Source: an uncultured Bdellovibrio sp. (GTDB lineage Bacteria > Bdellovibrionota > Bdellovibrionia > Bdellovibrionales > Bdellovibrionaceae). Taken from it: a stretch of DNA of 36,354 nucleotides. The translations under genes and the position numbers were made by a program. Every line of letters starts with the position of its first letter. Position 1 is the stretch's first letter. The notes beneath the pieces were generated by a model, which worked only from the letters and a program-made list of their open reading frames with translations, searched no databases and was not told the DNA's origin. Positions 26,166 through 35,590 of the stretch are shown here, piece after piece. The DNA lies in contig CALMPX010000206.1 of the NCBI GenBank assembly GCA_937871355.1, forward strand, positions 1 through 36,354, in the 5' to 3' direction.

Positions 26166-27278
26166 CTAGAACGTTTTACAGTTTTTATCCGGAGTCGCTT
26201 TTTGTACATCAACTGCCTGTTGCCAATCGGCATTAAAAGTAGATGATAAGAATTGCGCCGTGGGAACTGAAGAAAGTATAATGCCAATTTCACGCGCTTT
26301 CGTCAGTGAGTTTAAAGAGTAGTTTTCAGATCCCACAAAGCTTGATTTCCCATCTACAATCATCATTTTTTGATGCATATAGGGAATGGTGGCACTGGCC
26401 GGAGAAACTAAAACACGACTTTGTACACCGGATTTTTCCATCAAAGCTAACACGGGAAAATTAAATGCAGGGTTCGGAGTAAGATCACATCCTGGCGCGA
26501 TCACTTTAACCTGAATACCTTTTTGAGCTGCTGCGATCAGGTGTTCGCTCATGGCTCCACGAGAAAAATTTTCTACAGTGACTTGAATGGATGTTTGAGC
26601 TGAGTCAATAAATTCAAGAAGTTTAGCTTCTGAATTGGTCGGGCTAATCACAAGATTCGGGCTGACCGGAGCTGTTGTTCGCGCCCCATGATCACCTGCA
26701 TTTAAAATATCATCTGAAAATAATTTTAATAAATCAGAAATAACAAGGGGATCTTCTATTTTTAAACCTGCATCTCGTTGGACTTTAAAATTCATAGTTA
26801 AATTCATAGTCGTGATCCAAGCATAGGTGTCATCGACAATCATCGTTTTAGCATGACTGATGGAAAACGCATCACTACTTTTATAAACAGTTAAATCGGC
26901 GGCTTTTAAAGCATAAACGGTTTCAGCACTACTCAATCCTTTTTTTGATAGATCGACTGTTGATACAGCGTCGATATTCGAAAACATATCCTTATTTAAA
27001 ATGATTCGTATATCTAAACCACGTTGGCGTGCAGCAATGAGTTCTTTAACAACCGCGGCATCTGTTAAATTAAACATCCATAGCTTAATCGATGCCTTGG
27101 CATTATGAATGGCGTCGATAATGACTTTATGACCTTGAATATCCGGAGTGGTAAAAAATTGAACCGATGTACTTTCATTAATTTTGAGGTCTGCATTTTT
27201 ATGATTGTCATTATTGTTTTGAGCAGAACAACTTAAAATGACAAGAAATAGCGTGTAAATTATATATTTCATATTCAT
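26166..27278 (-). CDS. Phospholipase D-family lipoprotein
   Basis: Lipobox ILSC; two HKD motifs HAKTMIVD and HQKMMIVD...GSEN. Confidence 0.9.
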   Translation of the reverse strand: MNMKYIIYTLFLVILSCSAQNNNDNHKNADLKINESTSVQFFTTPDIQGHKVIIDAIHNAKASIKLWMFNLTDAAVVKELIAARQRGLDIRIILNKDMFSNIDAVSTVDLSKKGLSSAETVYALKAADLTVYKSSDAFSISHAKTMIVDDTYAWITTMNLTMNFKVQRDAGLKIEDPLVISDLLKLFSDDILNAGDHGARTTAPVSPNLVISPTNSEAKLLEFIDSAQTSIQVTVENFSRGAMSEHLIAAAQKGIQVKVIAPGCDLTPNPAFNFPVLALMEKSGVQSRVLVSPASATIPYMHQKMMIVDGKSSFVGSENYSLNSLTKAREIGIILSSVPTAQFLSSTFNADWQQAVDVQKATPDKNCKTF

Positions 27279-27531
27279 TTTCTACCCCGTTGGTTATTGA
27301 TCACGGGTTCAATTATAAGTCATATAATTAACAGGTCACCTGTTTTTTCAGGCTTTATCTCCTGTATAAATTAAGGCCATTTCTTCTATATTACTTAATA
27401 AAAATAAATTATGAATTTATTTGCCAAAAATGTAAAAAATGAACTAGGTCATCGCGGATTAACGAATCACGCCGTCAGATAGAATTGGCGGAGATTCAGC
27501 AAACAAATTTAAAAATTAAGTAATTAAATTT

Positions 27532-28215
27532 TTATAATTTAGAAATACGACGGTTTAACTTAATTTTCTCTAGGTCCTTATAAATACTTAAGTAATTATA
27601 AAGAACCTTGGAAAAATAAACGTTTTTCTTCACTTCTGATGCCGGAACTCGGTTTAAATTATTAATACCCATATTGTAGGCAGAAATATAGGACGCCGCT
27701 TTGGATCTTAATGATTTCTTTAAATATTTAAAATACAAGGCTCCCACTTCGATATTGTAATGAGGATCCTTAAGTGAATTTTTACCTTTCCACTTAATTC
27801 CTTTCTTGTCGCAAATCCACTTAGCTGTATCGGGTTTAATTTGCATGAGACCTATCTCGCCGGCTGATCCAATGGCATAGGGATTAAAATGACTTTCTGT
27901 CTTAATGATAGCCATTAAAAAAATAGGATCATACTGATTCTTTCGACTTTCCTCGATCAAAGTTTCGACGACGTCCCGGCTTGCCAACTGACGACTATTA
28001 TTTTTTAAGTACTCTTCAATATAAGAGGACAGAAAAGGATCTTTTTCAAACCGTGAGGCCGCTGATGATGAATAGGCACCACTCAAAATCTCACGAGCCT
28101 GTTGTTGTCGGTCCTCTTCGTTATGACGAGACTGTGGACTTTGACAGGAGTTAAAATAAGACACCCCGACAAGCAAAAAAACTAAAAAGTGTATTTTCGA
28201 ATGAAATGTTCTCAT
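27532..28215 (-). CDS. Lytic transglycosylase (SLT domain), probable lipoprotein
   Basis: IKTESHFNPYA, GLMQI, AYNMG; ATG at 28215 gives a signal peptide ending NSC (start uncertain). Confidence 0.9.
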   Translation of the reverse strand: MRTFHSKIHFLVFLLVGVSYFNSCQSPQSRHNEEDRQQQAREILSGAYSSSAASRFEKDPFLSSYIEEYLKNNSRQLASRDVVETLIEESRKNQYDPIFLMAIIKTESHFNPYAIGSAGEIGLMQIKPDTAKWICDKKGIKWKGKNSLKDPHYNIEVGALYFKYLKKSLRSKAASYISAYNMGINNLNRVPASEVKKNVYFSKVLYNYLSIYKDLEKIKLNRRISKL

Positions 28216-28478
28216 AAATAAATATATTGCGAAAAAAGGACCAAAACACATGATCTCCAAAGCCAAATAACGGGTATAGCAAAGATCAAAAGGCCACCGT
28301 TTTATTTGAAAACAGTATTTAGGTATTAGTGTCGAAAATATTTTTTACAGTGAGTAAAACTTCGGCGTAAGGTATTGGTACAAAAAATATGTCCTAAATT
28401 GAGATCAAATGAGTGCGAAGTTAGGTGACATTATGATCGGATTCACCTAGGATTGCCAAAATCTTACAAGGAAATAAA

Positions 28479-28814
28479 ATGCCGCTATTTATCGTGAAAG
28501 CCATGCTCCAAGAAGTCGAGTCAGAAGACATTTACAACGAATTCGATCAGGCCATGGCCGCTGAAGGTGGCTATGCTTACACCACCGGTGCCAATAACAA
28601 AATATTTGCTTTACCTCCGGACGAATTTGAATTTGACGTCGAAGAAACAGCTGACAGTTTACTCAAAGCCGTCAAACTAATCTGCGACCAAACAGAGAAA
28701 AAATATAAACTACCCAAAACACCGATCGTTGTCGTAGAACCCAAAGTCATCCGTTTTGCCAACTTAGAAGAATACACCGAAGACGACGAAGATCTCGACG
28801 AAGACGAAAACTAA
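28479..28814 (+). CDS. GhoS/DUF2622-like protein with acidic tail
   Basis: F.V...L...DIY..FD.AM...G...T....KIFALP..EF pattern. Confidence 0.55.
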   Translation: MPLFIVKAMLQEVESEDIYNEFDQAMAAEGGYAYTTGANNKIFALPPDEFEFDVEETADSLLKAVKLICDQTEKKYKLPKTPIVVVEPKVIRFANLEEYTEDDEDLDEDEN

Positions 28815-28832
28815 ATATTAACGACCACATTT

Positions 28833-29684
28833 ATGACGACAATTGATGACGGAATTAAATATTTCCTTAATTCTGAAACCCAGGTCTTAAGTGAAATTCT
28901 TTATGATACCTTCGATATCAATGCCAAAGACTTCGAATATCTTCTTAAATTTGGAGCTATCTACGTAAACAATGAACGCCAAACAAAAGACGGATGGATC
29001 CACCCCTCAAGTCAACTGCGCGTTCATACAAAACCGCGTCGATATAATTGTCATTACAATTGGAACGCGTTGGTCGTTTTCGAAAATGACTTTTGTTTAG
29101 TGCTCAACAAGCCCTCCGGCATTCCGAGTCATCCGTCAGTAGATAATATCATCGAAAATGCACTGACTCAAATGAGTATGGTGCGAAAAATTCCGCTTTT
29201 CGTGACTCATCGATTAGACACTCTCACTTCAGGTTTAATTGTTTACGGGAAGAAACAATCTTTTGTAAAAAGTTTTAATATTCAAATACAGGAACGCACC
29301 ATCCATAAAAAATATGTGGCCTTAGTAGAAAGTCATCAGACCTTCTCTAAGAAGTTGACTCATTATATGAATCCTACTGCGGGAACGCCAAAAAAATTAT
29401 CTGATTCTGTCATCGATGGTTGGTCTATTTGTGAATTGGAAATTTTAGAGCAAAAAGAATTTTCACCTCAGCTCAGTTGGATCAAAATTAATTTACTTAC
29501 GGGACGTACCCATCAGATTCGATCACAGCTCTCACAAATTGGAGCTCCTATAATAGGAGATACGCTGTATGGATCGCAAAGACCGTTTCAACCAAATGCC
29601 ATAGCGCTGAGATCTTGCGAAATCCAATTCAAATGTGGCGAGGAACATATGAAATTTAATATTCACGAGGATTTTGAATTTTGA
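28833..29684 (+). CDS. RluA-family pseudouridine synthase
   Basis: LNKPSG, HRLD..TSG, GRTHQIR, IIGD.LYG. Confidence 0.93.
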   Translation: MTTIDDGIKYFLNSETQVLSEILYDTFDINAKDFEYLLKFGAIYVNNERQTKDGWIHPSSQLRVHTKPRRYNCHYNWNALVVFENDFCLVLNKPSGIPSHPSVDNIIENALTQMSMVRKIPLFVTHRLDTLTSGLIVYGKKQSFVKSFNIQIQERTIHKKYVALVESHQTFSKKLTHYMNPTAGTPKKLSDSVIDGWSICELEILEQKEFSPQLSWIKINLLTGRTHQIRSQLSQIGAPIIGDTLYGSQRPFQPNAIALRSCEIQFKCGEEHMKFNIHEDFEF

Positions 29685-29704
29685 AATCTGCTCAAGCAGC
29701 TAAA

Positions 29705-30259
29705 TTATTTACTTCGGCTTTTTAAAATTTCCATCATCATGGCATTTTCTGATTTTTTATTCGCTTTTGGCTTTTTAACTGGCTTTGATATAGGTTTCTT
29801 TAATGGTCCTGTATTAAATAAACTGGGCCGACTTGTATCAACTTCGTCATTGCTATGTTGTCGTCGGGCTTGCTTTTGTGGGTTGGTCTCTTTGATCATT
29901 AAACCAAATAAGGGGTTCCCTTTATTAATCTCTCGAATCACCGACTTCATCAGCGATTCAAAATCCTCATTTTCTGCTGGCAAATACAAAGCTTCTTTTC
30001 TTCCTGGATGATTTTCTAAGAATGGAAATTTCGCGCACACGGCGCTCTGTTTTATTTTTTCAATGGGAAAAAAAGCGCCGTACCACAATTCAAAAGGATA
30101 GGCTCGACCACGGTACTCTGTCGTCTTGCTGTCTTCAGTTAAAACAAGAATCAGCTTTTCATTTAAATAATAGCCTACACCGCCCCACATTCGTTTTTGC
30201 TCAACTGTGGGCGGTAGCAATTCTTCGATCCATAAAAGATGCTGAAGATCTTGGGACAT
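29705..30259 (-). CDS. TfoX N-terminal-like protein
   Basis: KRMWGGVGYYLNEKLIL resembles TfoX_N; basic tail. Confidence 0.55.
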   Translation of the reverse strand: MSQDLQHLLWIEELLPPTVEQKRMWGGVGYYLNEKLILVLTEDSKTTEYRGRAYPFELWYGAFFPIEKIKQSAVCAKFPFLENHPGRKEALYLPAENEDFESLMKSVIREINKGNPLFGLMIKETNPQKQARRQHSNDEVDTSRPSLFNTGPLKKPISKPVKKPKANKKSENAMMMEILKSRSK

Positions 30260-30273
30260 GTTTTAAATATAAA

Positions 30274-31014
30274 CTAAAAATCTTTAGCTTTAAGCTGAAT
30301 ACTTTTTCTGAACTTAATAGTTGATTGAGTTAAACCAGTATCCGGCGTTCCATACAGAACTGAGCCCAATACCACGCGAATGTCATCACTCACTTTTTTA
30401 GGCGCTAAGATTTCAAGTCCGGCACCCCAACCGTTAACAACTTGAAAGCCCGTTGATTCAAATCCTTTTTTCAAAGTGAGGGCTTGGTAATCGGAATAAT
30501 CATTACCCCACGAGTAACCCATAGTTACTCCAACTGTTCCCGACAATGAAAGTAACTCGTCGAGATTAAGAACTGATAATCCTTTTTCGATGATTTTATT
30601 GAAACTATCTAAGATTTTCGATCTTTCTGATCTTAATTCAAAATCAGTTCCATAGGCCCATAAAAAATGGCTTTTTCCTAATTGTTTGTTCACGACATCA
30701 AAAACTTCGCAGGCATAAAGTTTACCTTTGGCTAAAATCATTCCGGCGCCAACTTCTGCACAAAAAATCAAACCTTTACTTTTAACAACATCATCATTAG
30801 CCGTCATGGGGCTGTAATTCGCCAAGCGATAACGAAGCCCACTGAAGATTTCTTGCGCCAAGGGATATGTGCTTTCACGCTGATTAAAAATCGAGTATAA
30901 TTTTGAATTTTGTTCCAGATAGCGTTGAAGTTGTAAATCATTTTTGACCTGAGCTACGGATACTGTCGACAAACCTACTGACACGCAAAATAATAATAAA
31001 GCTATTTTTTTCAT
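30274..31014 (-). CDS. Secreted hypothetical protein
   Basis: Signal peptide MKKIALLLFCVSVGLSTVSVA (ATG 31014; GTG 31023 possible). Confidence 0.75.
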   Translation of the reverse strand: MKKIALLLFCVSVGLSTVSVAQVKNDLQLQRYLEQNSKLYSIFNQRESTYPLAQEIFSGLRYRLANYSPMTANDDVVKSKGLIFCAEVGAGMILAKGKLYACEVFDVVNKQLGKSHFLWAYGTDFELRSERSKILDSFNKIIEKGLSVLNLDELLSLSGTVGVTMGYSWGNDYSDYQALTLKKGFESTGFQVVNGWGAGLEILAPKKVSDDIRVVLGSVLYGTPDTGLTQSTIKFRKSIQLKAKDF

Positions 31015-31170
31015 TAACCCCACCTTTATTCATTTATTGGAGCATCAAAAATACTTCGTTTCAACGAATAAAATGCCGGTTAAGAATCATTGCGGCATTT
31101 CTTTATTGTTCTATACAAAGCATTTTTTTGAATCCTATAATTTAAGAGCCTCATACGTGCAAGGAGTCTT

Positions 31171-32124
31171 ATGTTTTTAGCTCGATTTATTCTGTTCGGG
31201 TTTATGATCAGTTTTGCGGCCCAGATCGCTTTAGCACAAAATCCGCCTGCGAATTCTTACACCCTCGTTACGTTTGAAAATTCACATTTTCGTGATTGGA
31301 CGTATGCTGAATTAAAATCTAAAATCACGATCAATCAAGATATGATCGATTTAAATATTTGCAACGGTCTTGAAAAAATGCTTTTGCCTGATCTGGTCAA
31401 ATCTAATCCGCAAAAAAATTCCTTCCGTATTCTTAATGCCGCCACATCAAAAAAAATCACTTTTATCGATGGAACACTCTTTAACGAAGCTGGACAAAAA
31501 ATTTCTCCCTCTACGATTTCCGACAGCTATACCATCGCTATCCTTGGCTTGGTGAAGCAACTTCGCCAATACCCTGAAGGCCGGCGTCTTATTTCTTTGA
31601 TCCAACAAGGAATTTATCCAATCACATTGGCTAAAACAGGAGGTCCTCGATTTGAATTTGTCGGTAACACCGGCAAAGCCAACTCTGGTTACGAAGAAGC
31701 AACGATCATGCAGTCCTTCTCATCTTTAAGAAAAAGTGCAGAAACGGATACAAACTTTAAACAATTTGGCGCTGGCGGCTTCGTCCGCTTTGATCCCAAT
31801 ATCAAAAATATTTCCAATATCGAAAGCGACAACGTTACTCGCTCGTCACCTGTCTTGGCGGCTTTCGCTCATGAGCTTTATCATGCTTTTGATAGCGTTC
31901 GCGGTTTATTGGATCGGCGTCATGTCGTCGGAGACAAAATGGAGTTCATGGAGGTCGCCGAATTCCGCGGAGTATACTTTGAAAATGTTATCCGCAAAAA
32001 CTTAGGTCGCAAATTTCGCAAGTACTATGGTCGTGTTGATTTAAATAACCCCGCACAAGCAGAAAAAACCATGTTAGACAAACAAGGTCAACCCTACTTG
32101 ATGCCTACACCGTGTTTGAAGTAA
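31171..32124 (+). CDS. Secreted zinc metallopeptidase, M91-like
   Basis: Signal peptide; FAHELYHAFD...G, downstream E, ENVIR...R..Y; RBS AAGGAG. Confidence 0.75.
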   Translation: MFLARFILFGFMISFAAQIALAQNPPANSYTLVTFENSHFRDWTYAELKSKITINQDMIDLNICNGLEKMLLPDLVKSNPQKNSFRILNAATSKKITFIDGTLFNEAGQKISPSTISDSYTIAILGLVKQLRQYPEGRRLISLIQQGIYPITLAKTGGPRFEFVGNTGKANSGYEEATIMQSFSSLRKSAETDTNFKQFGAGGFVRFDPNIKNISNIESDNVTRSSPVLAAFAHELYHAFDSVRGLLDRRHVVGDKMEFMEVAEFRGVYFENVIRKNLGRKFRKYYGRVDLNNPAQAEKTMLDKQGQPYLMPTPCLK

Positions 32125-32127
32125 CCG

Positions 32128-32592
32128 ATGAACAATTTCATTATTTTTTCAATACTTATTTTCGCATTCACACTGGTTTCTTGTGGCTCTAAAGAAACTG
32201 AACCACAACCACTCGCGACCGCCACAGAAGAAATTTTTACCACCCATACTTTTGTTGTAAAATGGATAGGTGATGAATCTTTAAAAACAAAAACGATGAA
32301 CGATCTGACTTTAAAAAAATGCTGGATCTTAAAAGACGTCGCTCCTTTATCTCATGTTTCATCGACAGATTGTCATGAATTCGTTGAATATAAAAACAAA
32401 TCCGATGTTCACGGCGCTTATAAAAAAATAGGATCCAGCTATTTGATGGAAATCAAAGCCAGTAAAAATGATACATTCAGCGTACAGATTTTTGCTCAAG
32501 AAGGAAAAAAATTACGTCGCATTTTGAAGCCGGGAAAATTTATTGATCCCGACGACTTCGCTGAAACTTTACGACGAATGACTTTTAAATAA
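32128..32592 (+). CDS. Hypothetical lipoprotein
   Basis: Lipobox LVSC; starts 3 bp after the peptidase stop. Confidence 0.8.
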   Translation: MNNFIIFSILIFAFTLVSCGSKETEPQPLATATEEIFTTHTFVVKWIGDESLKTKTMNDLTLKKCWILKDVAPLSHVSSTDCHEFVEYKNKSDVHGAYKKIGSSYLMEIKASKNDTFSVQIFAQEGKKLRRILKPGKFIDPDDFAETLRRMTFK

Positions 32593-32594
32593 AT

Positions 32595-33122
32595 TTATTG
32601 ATGCGGCACGACTGTTTCAATCGTCGCATCGTAACCTTTTTTATTCAGACGCTGAACGACTTCCGCAATGACTTCTTGGGCTTTTTTAGGATCTCGAGCC
32701 ATAATCCATAGGTATTTTTGATTCGGAGTACCCACGGCCGTCCAGCTATAATCTTCAGCCACGTCCACGATCAAGTAGTCAAACTTCAAAGGCCATAATG
32801 GCGACACTTTCCAGTACGCATTGGTGGTATGATTTTCGACCCAGGCTTTTTGAGGAATCGATTTTTTTATCCCGTCGAAAGACCCCTTATTGTAATTGAA
32901 ACTCACATCAATACGCTTTTCATCTTCATTCCAGGTGTATTGCTCGACGGCGTTAAAAACATCTTTCTCTAGGAAAGTAAACCGACCTGCTAGCACGTAC
33001 CACGAACCCATAAAATTTTTCAATTTGACGTCCGTTGCGGTATCCATAAATCGGGGCGTACTACATGACGATATCAATAACGAAAAAAAATAACAAAGAC
33101 TGCCTTTAGATAACGTTCTCAT
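32595..33122 (-). CDS. blc: Lipocalin (Blc-like) lipoprotein
   Basis: ISSC lipobox; FMGSWY, DYSW..VG.P...YLWIMAR. Confidence 0.88.
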   Translation of the reverse strand: MRTLSKGSLCYFFSLLISSCSTPRFMDTATDVKLKNFMGSWYVLAGRFTFLEKDVFNAVEQYTWNEDEKRIDVSFNYNKGSFDGIKKSIPQKAWVENHTTNAYWKVSPLWPLKFDYLIVDVAEDYSWTAVGTPNQKYLWIMARDPKKAQEVIAEVVQRLNKKGYDATIETVVPHQ

Positions 33123-33298
33123 TTTACATCCGTTACTGGGGATTTTTGACCCGATTTTTCAGAACTGAATATAAGCGGATAATATGAAATGATCGTGAAG
33201 AAAATAGCCACGACGACAATAACTGACACGAGAACAGTTTTACGCGACACTAACCCCTGAGTGTGCACTTCACTGTGCCCGGTACTTTTTGCTGACAT
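33119..33298 (-). CDS. Small single-TM protein, 59 aa (absent from ORF track)
   Basis: MSAKSTGHSEVHTQGLVSRKTVLVSVIVVVAIFFTIISYYPLIFSSEKSGQKSPVTDVK*; RBS AAGGAG; ATGA overlap with the lipocalin. Confidence 0.75.
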   Translation of the reverse strand: MSAKSTGHSEVHTQGLVSRKTVLVSVIVVVAIFFTIISYYPLIFSSEKSGQKSPVTDVK

Positions 33299-33414
33299 TA
33301 TTTCTCCTTTGTTAAATATTTATGCTTGCCAAAAAGAGGCCAGCCCCTTTTTACATAGAAAATGACTTTGTTTTTTGCTATAGTAACACTTATTTTTAAC
33401 GAAAGAAGTCCAAA

Positions 33415-33624
33415 ATGGAATTTAAACTAGAAGGCGAAGAGTTTATCCTTTTACAAGCATTACTCAAAGCCAGCGGTCTTTGTGAAACCGGTGGCGATGC
33501 AAAATCAGCTATTATTGATGGTCATGTTAAGGTCGATAACGAAGTCGAAACTCGCCGCGGAAAGAAAATACGTGATGGACAAGTGGTGACCTTTAACGGA
33601 AAGATAATTAAAGTTACATCTTAA
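33415..33624 (+). CDS. S4-domain RNA-binding protein (YbcJ/YaaA family)
   Basis: FI.L..LLK..GL..TGG.AK..I..G.VKVD.EVETRRGKKI. Confidence 0.92.
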   Translation: MEFKLEGEEFILLQALLKASGLCETGGDAKSAIIDGHVKVDNEVETRRGKKIRDGQVVTFNGKIIKVTS

Positions 33625-33650
33625 TTTTGACGCCTAAGAGCCTGTATTGA

Positions 33651-34106
33651 TTATGTATTGTCTACAGATGGCTCTTCCTTGCTTTTTTGCTCGATAACTC
33701 GCTTAACATCTTCAACACGATCTTCTGTGATTTTCTGAGCCAGACAAAGTTCTTCGTGAAGCGAGTCTAATTCTTGATCTGATAATCGCTGTAAATCAAT
33801 CAAATGATTTCTGGCATGCGAACTGGCTCGAATCAGTTCATCTAACTTAAGATGAATGGCTCGTGCATCACGATTTTGGGTATTTTGAATAAGGAACACC
33901 ATAAGAAAAGTAATAATCGTCGTAGATGTATTTATAATTAACTGCCAGGTGTCTGAGAATTTAAACATCGGTCCAGACACCCCCCAAAGCAAAATAGTTG
34001 TGGTTGAAAACACAAAGGCGTAGGGGCTGCCAACCCAGTTGGACATCTTCTGAGCCACCACATGAAATTTTTCCGACAGGTCATTTTTTTTCACATATTC
34101 ACCCAT
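33651..34106 (-). CDS. Low-affinity iron permease family protein
   Basis: FSDTWQLIINTSTTIITFLMVFLIQNTQNRD..AIHLKLDELI; start uncertain (34106 or 34115). Confidence 0.9.
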   Translation of the reverse strand: MGEYVKKNDLSEKFHVVAQKMSNWVGSPYAFVFSTTTILLWGVSGPMFKFSDTWQLIINTSTTIITFLMVFLIQNTQNRDARAIHLKLDELIRASSHARNHLIDLQRLSDQELDSLHEELCLAQKITEDRVEDVKRVIEQKSKEEPSVDNT

Positions 34107-34337
34107 GTTATACACAAAACACTACTTCTTAGGACTACGATCATTTTACATTATAACTGCCCTGAAGGGTTAGCAAGATGAATTACAGGCCAATTTTCAA
34201 ACGTGTCATTAAAAGCTGTAAAATAATTAGCAGCTTTTTTTATTAATACAGATGAGATTCTCGGGGCATTTTTCTAAAAATGAGGTCCCAGAAATCACTA
34301 AATATCGTCTCAATTAGCTCATAGAGTTTCTCAAGCA

Positions 34338-34353
34338 TGGCTCTGTGTTTGCA
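34338..34353 (+). promoter_or_regulatory. Sigma54-like promoter of the stress-protein cluster
   Basis: TGGCTCTGTGTTTGCA, close to TGGCAC-N5-TTGCW. Confidence 0.6.
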
Positions 34354-34409
34354 AATATGTGATTTATGATTAACGAGTTTACTCAAACACAACCCATTAA
34401 GGAGTTCAC

Positions 34410-34592
34410 ATGATACGTGCCGCTATTTCATTTTTTATTATCGCTTTAGTCGCCTACTTTCTCGGTGCTAACGGTATAGCTGGACTATCCATCGAAGTCG
34501 GAAAAATATTGCTCTTCGTCTTTTTAGCACTCTCAGTAATTTCATTCCTTGTGGTCGCTGTCACTGGAAAAAATCCACGTCCCTTGCCTTAA
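34410..34592 (+). CDS. DUF1328 (UPF0391/YtjA-like) small membrane protein
   Basis: MIRAAISFFIIALVA..LG..GIAG.S....KIL.FVFL. Confidence 0.9.
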   Translation: MIRAAISFFIIALVAYFLGANGIAGLSIEVGKILLFVFLALSVISFLVVAVTGKNPRPLP

Positions 34593-34625
34593 TAAAAATC
34601 ACAACCAAATCTAAAGGAGATCTAT

Positions 34626-34883
34626 ATGAATTCAGCAAACGAAAATACAATCAAAGGAAAATGGTTAGAAATCAAAGGCGATGTACAAAAAGCCTGGGGT
34701 AAACTAACTGATGACGAATTAGAGCAAACTAAAGGTGACATGAAATCGATTGGTGGTTTAATCCAGCAAAGATACGGTCAAGAACAAGGCGCCTACGGCA
34801 AAAAATTAGAAGATATCTTTAAACGCTTTGAAGCTAATAAAGACACAGCCGTAAATTCAATTAAAACGTCACTTCAAAAATAA
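34626..34883 (+). CDS. CsbD/YjbJ-family stress protein
   Basis: IKGKW.EIKG.VQ..WGKLTDDEL....G.....G.IQQRYG. Confidence 0.92.
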   Translation: MNSANENTIKGKWLEIKGDVQKAWGKLTDDELEQTKGDMKSIGGLIQQRYGQEQGAYGKKLEDIFKRFEANKDTAVNSIKTSLQK

Positions 34884-34893
34884 GGATATTATT

Positions 34894-35181
34894 ATGTCAA
34901 ATGTCACAAATGAAAAAATGAATAAAGTAAATGGTGCTGCAAATAATTTTTTGAACAAACTTCCAACATCACCAGATCAATTGGAAAACATGGTTCATAA
35001 AGCAGGAGAAAAAGCAGGCGAACTAACTTCAAATTTTGCCGAAACAGCGACCAGCAAATTTGAAAGCGGACGTAGTTATGTCAAAGAAAACCCAATCAAA
35101 GGGGTCGCCATCGCTGCTGCTGCGGGAATTGCCACTGGTAGCTTATTAACGATGATGTTTCGTGGAAACAAAAATAATTAA
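34894..35181 (+). CDS. DUF883 (ElaB/YqjD-like) tail-anchored protein
   Basis: YVKENP.KGVAIAAAAG...G.LL at the C-terminus. Confidence 0.85.
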   Translation: MSNVTNEKMNKVNGAANNFLNKLPTSPDQLENMVHKAGEKAGELTSNFAETATSKFESGRSYVKENPIKGVAIAAAAGIATGSLLTMMFRGNKNN

Positions 35182-35199
35182 AAAATGAATTAACATTTC

Positions 35200-35238
35200 T
35201 AAGCAGGAAAACTTTTTGATCAGTTTCCTGCTTATTTT
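35200..35238 (+). terminator. Intrinsic terminator-like hairpin after the DUF883 gene
   Basis: TAAGCAGGAAA(A)CT...AGTTTCCTGCTTA followed by TTTT. Confidence 0.6.
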
Positions 35239-35589
35239 ATGCGAGAGACTTCTATGAATTTTAAAGCTTTGGTTAAAAGTTTACTTAATAAATTGATCAT
35301 CGGCATGATCTTGTCTGCTACTCTAGTTATAGCTTTGATTTATTTCTTACACTTGTTTCACGTTTACATAACCGAATTTTCCAATGGCGCAAGCATTGAA
35401 ACAACAATTTATGCAGCCATGTTTATAGTCGGAATCGTCGGAATTTATTTTCTACAGGTCGAGCCACCTCAACTTAAAAAAAGTCAACCTCAAGCCTCTC
35501 CCTTTTCACATCAGGTTGACATAGAAACACTCGGACTTACGTTTTTAGAAGGATTTTTAGATGGAATGGGGAAAAAATCGGTTACCTAA
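35239..35589 (+). CDS. Two-TM membrane protein
   Basis: Two hydrophobic helices; C-terminal FLEGFLDG; start may be ATG at 35254. Confidence 0.7.
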   Translation: MRETSMNFKALVKSLLNKLIIGMILSATLVIALIYFLHLFHVYITEFSNGASIETTIYAAMFIVGIVGIYFLQVEPPQLKKSQPQASPFSHQVDIETLGLTFLEGFLDGMGKKSVT

Positions 35590-35590
35590 C

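Noticed and set aside
31072-31100. AAATGCCG...CGGCATTT inverted repeat as back-to-back sigma54 promoters
   Set aside because: Neither side has GC at -12; no function can be assigned.
15913-33093. Short overlapping ORFs at 15913, 16624, 17843, 19150, 19657, 19979, 23341, 24060, 24561, 24742, 28577, 29739, 30022, 31370, 31736 and 32896
   Set aside because: Antisense or alternative-frame shadows of better-supported genes.
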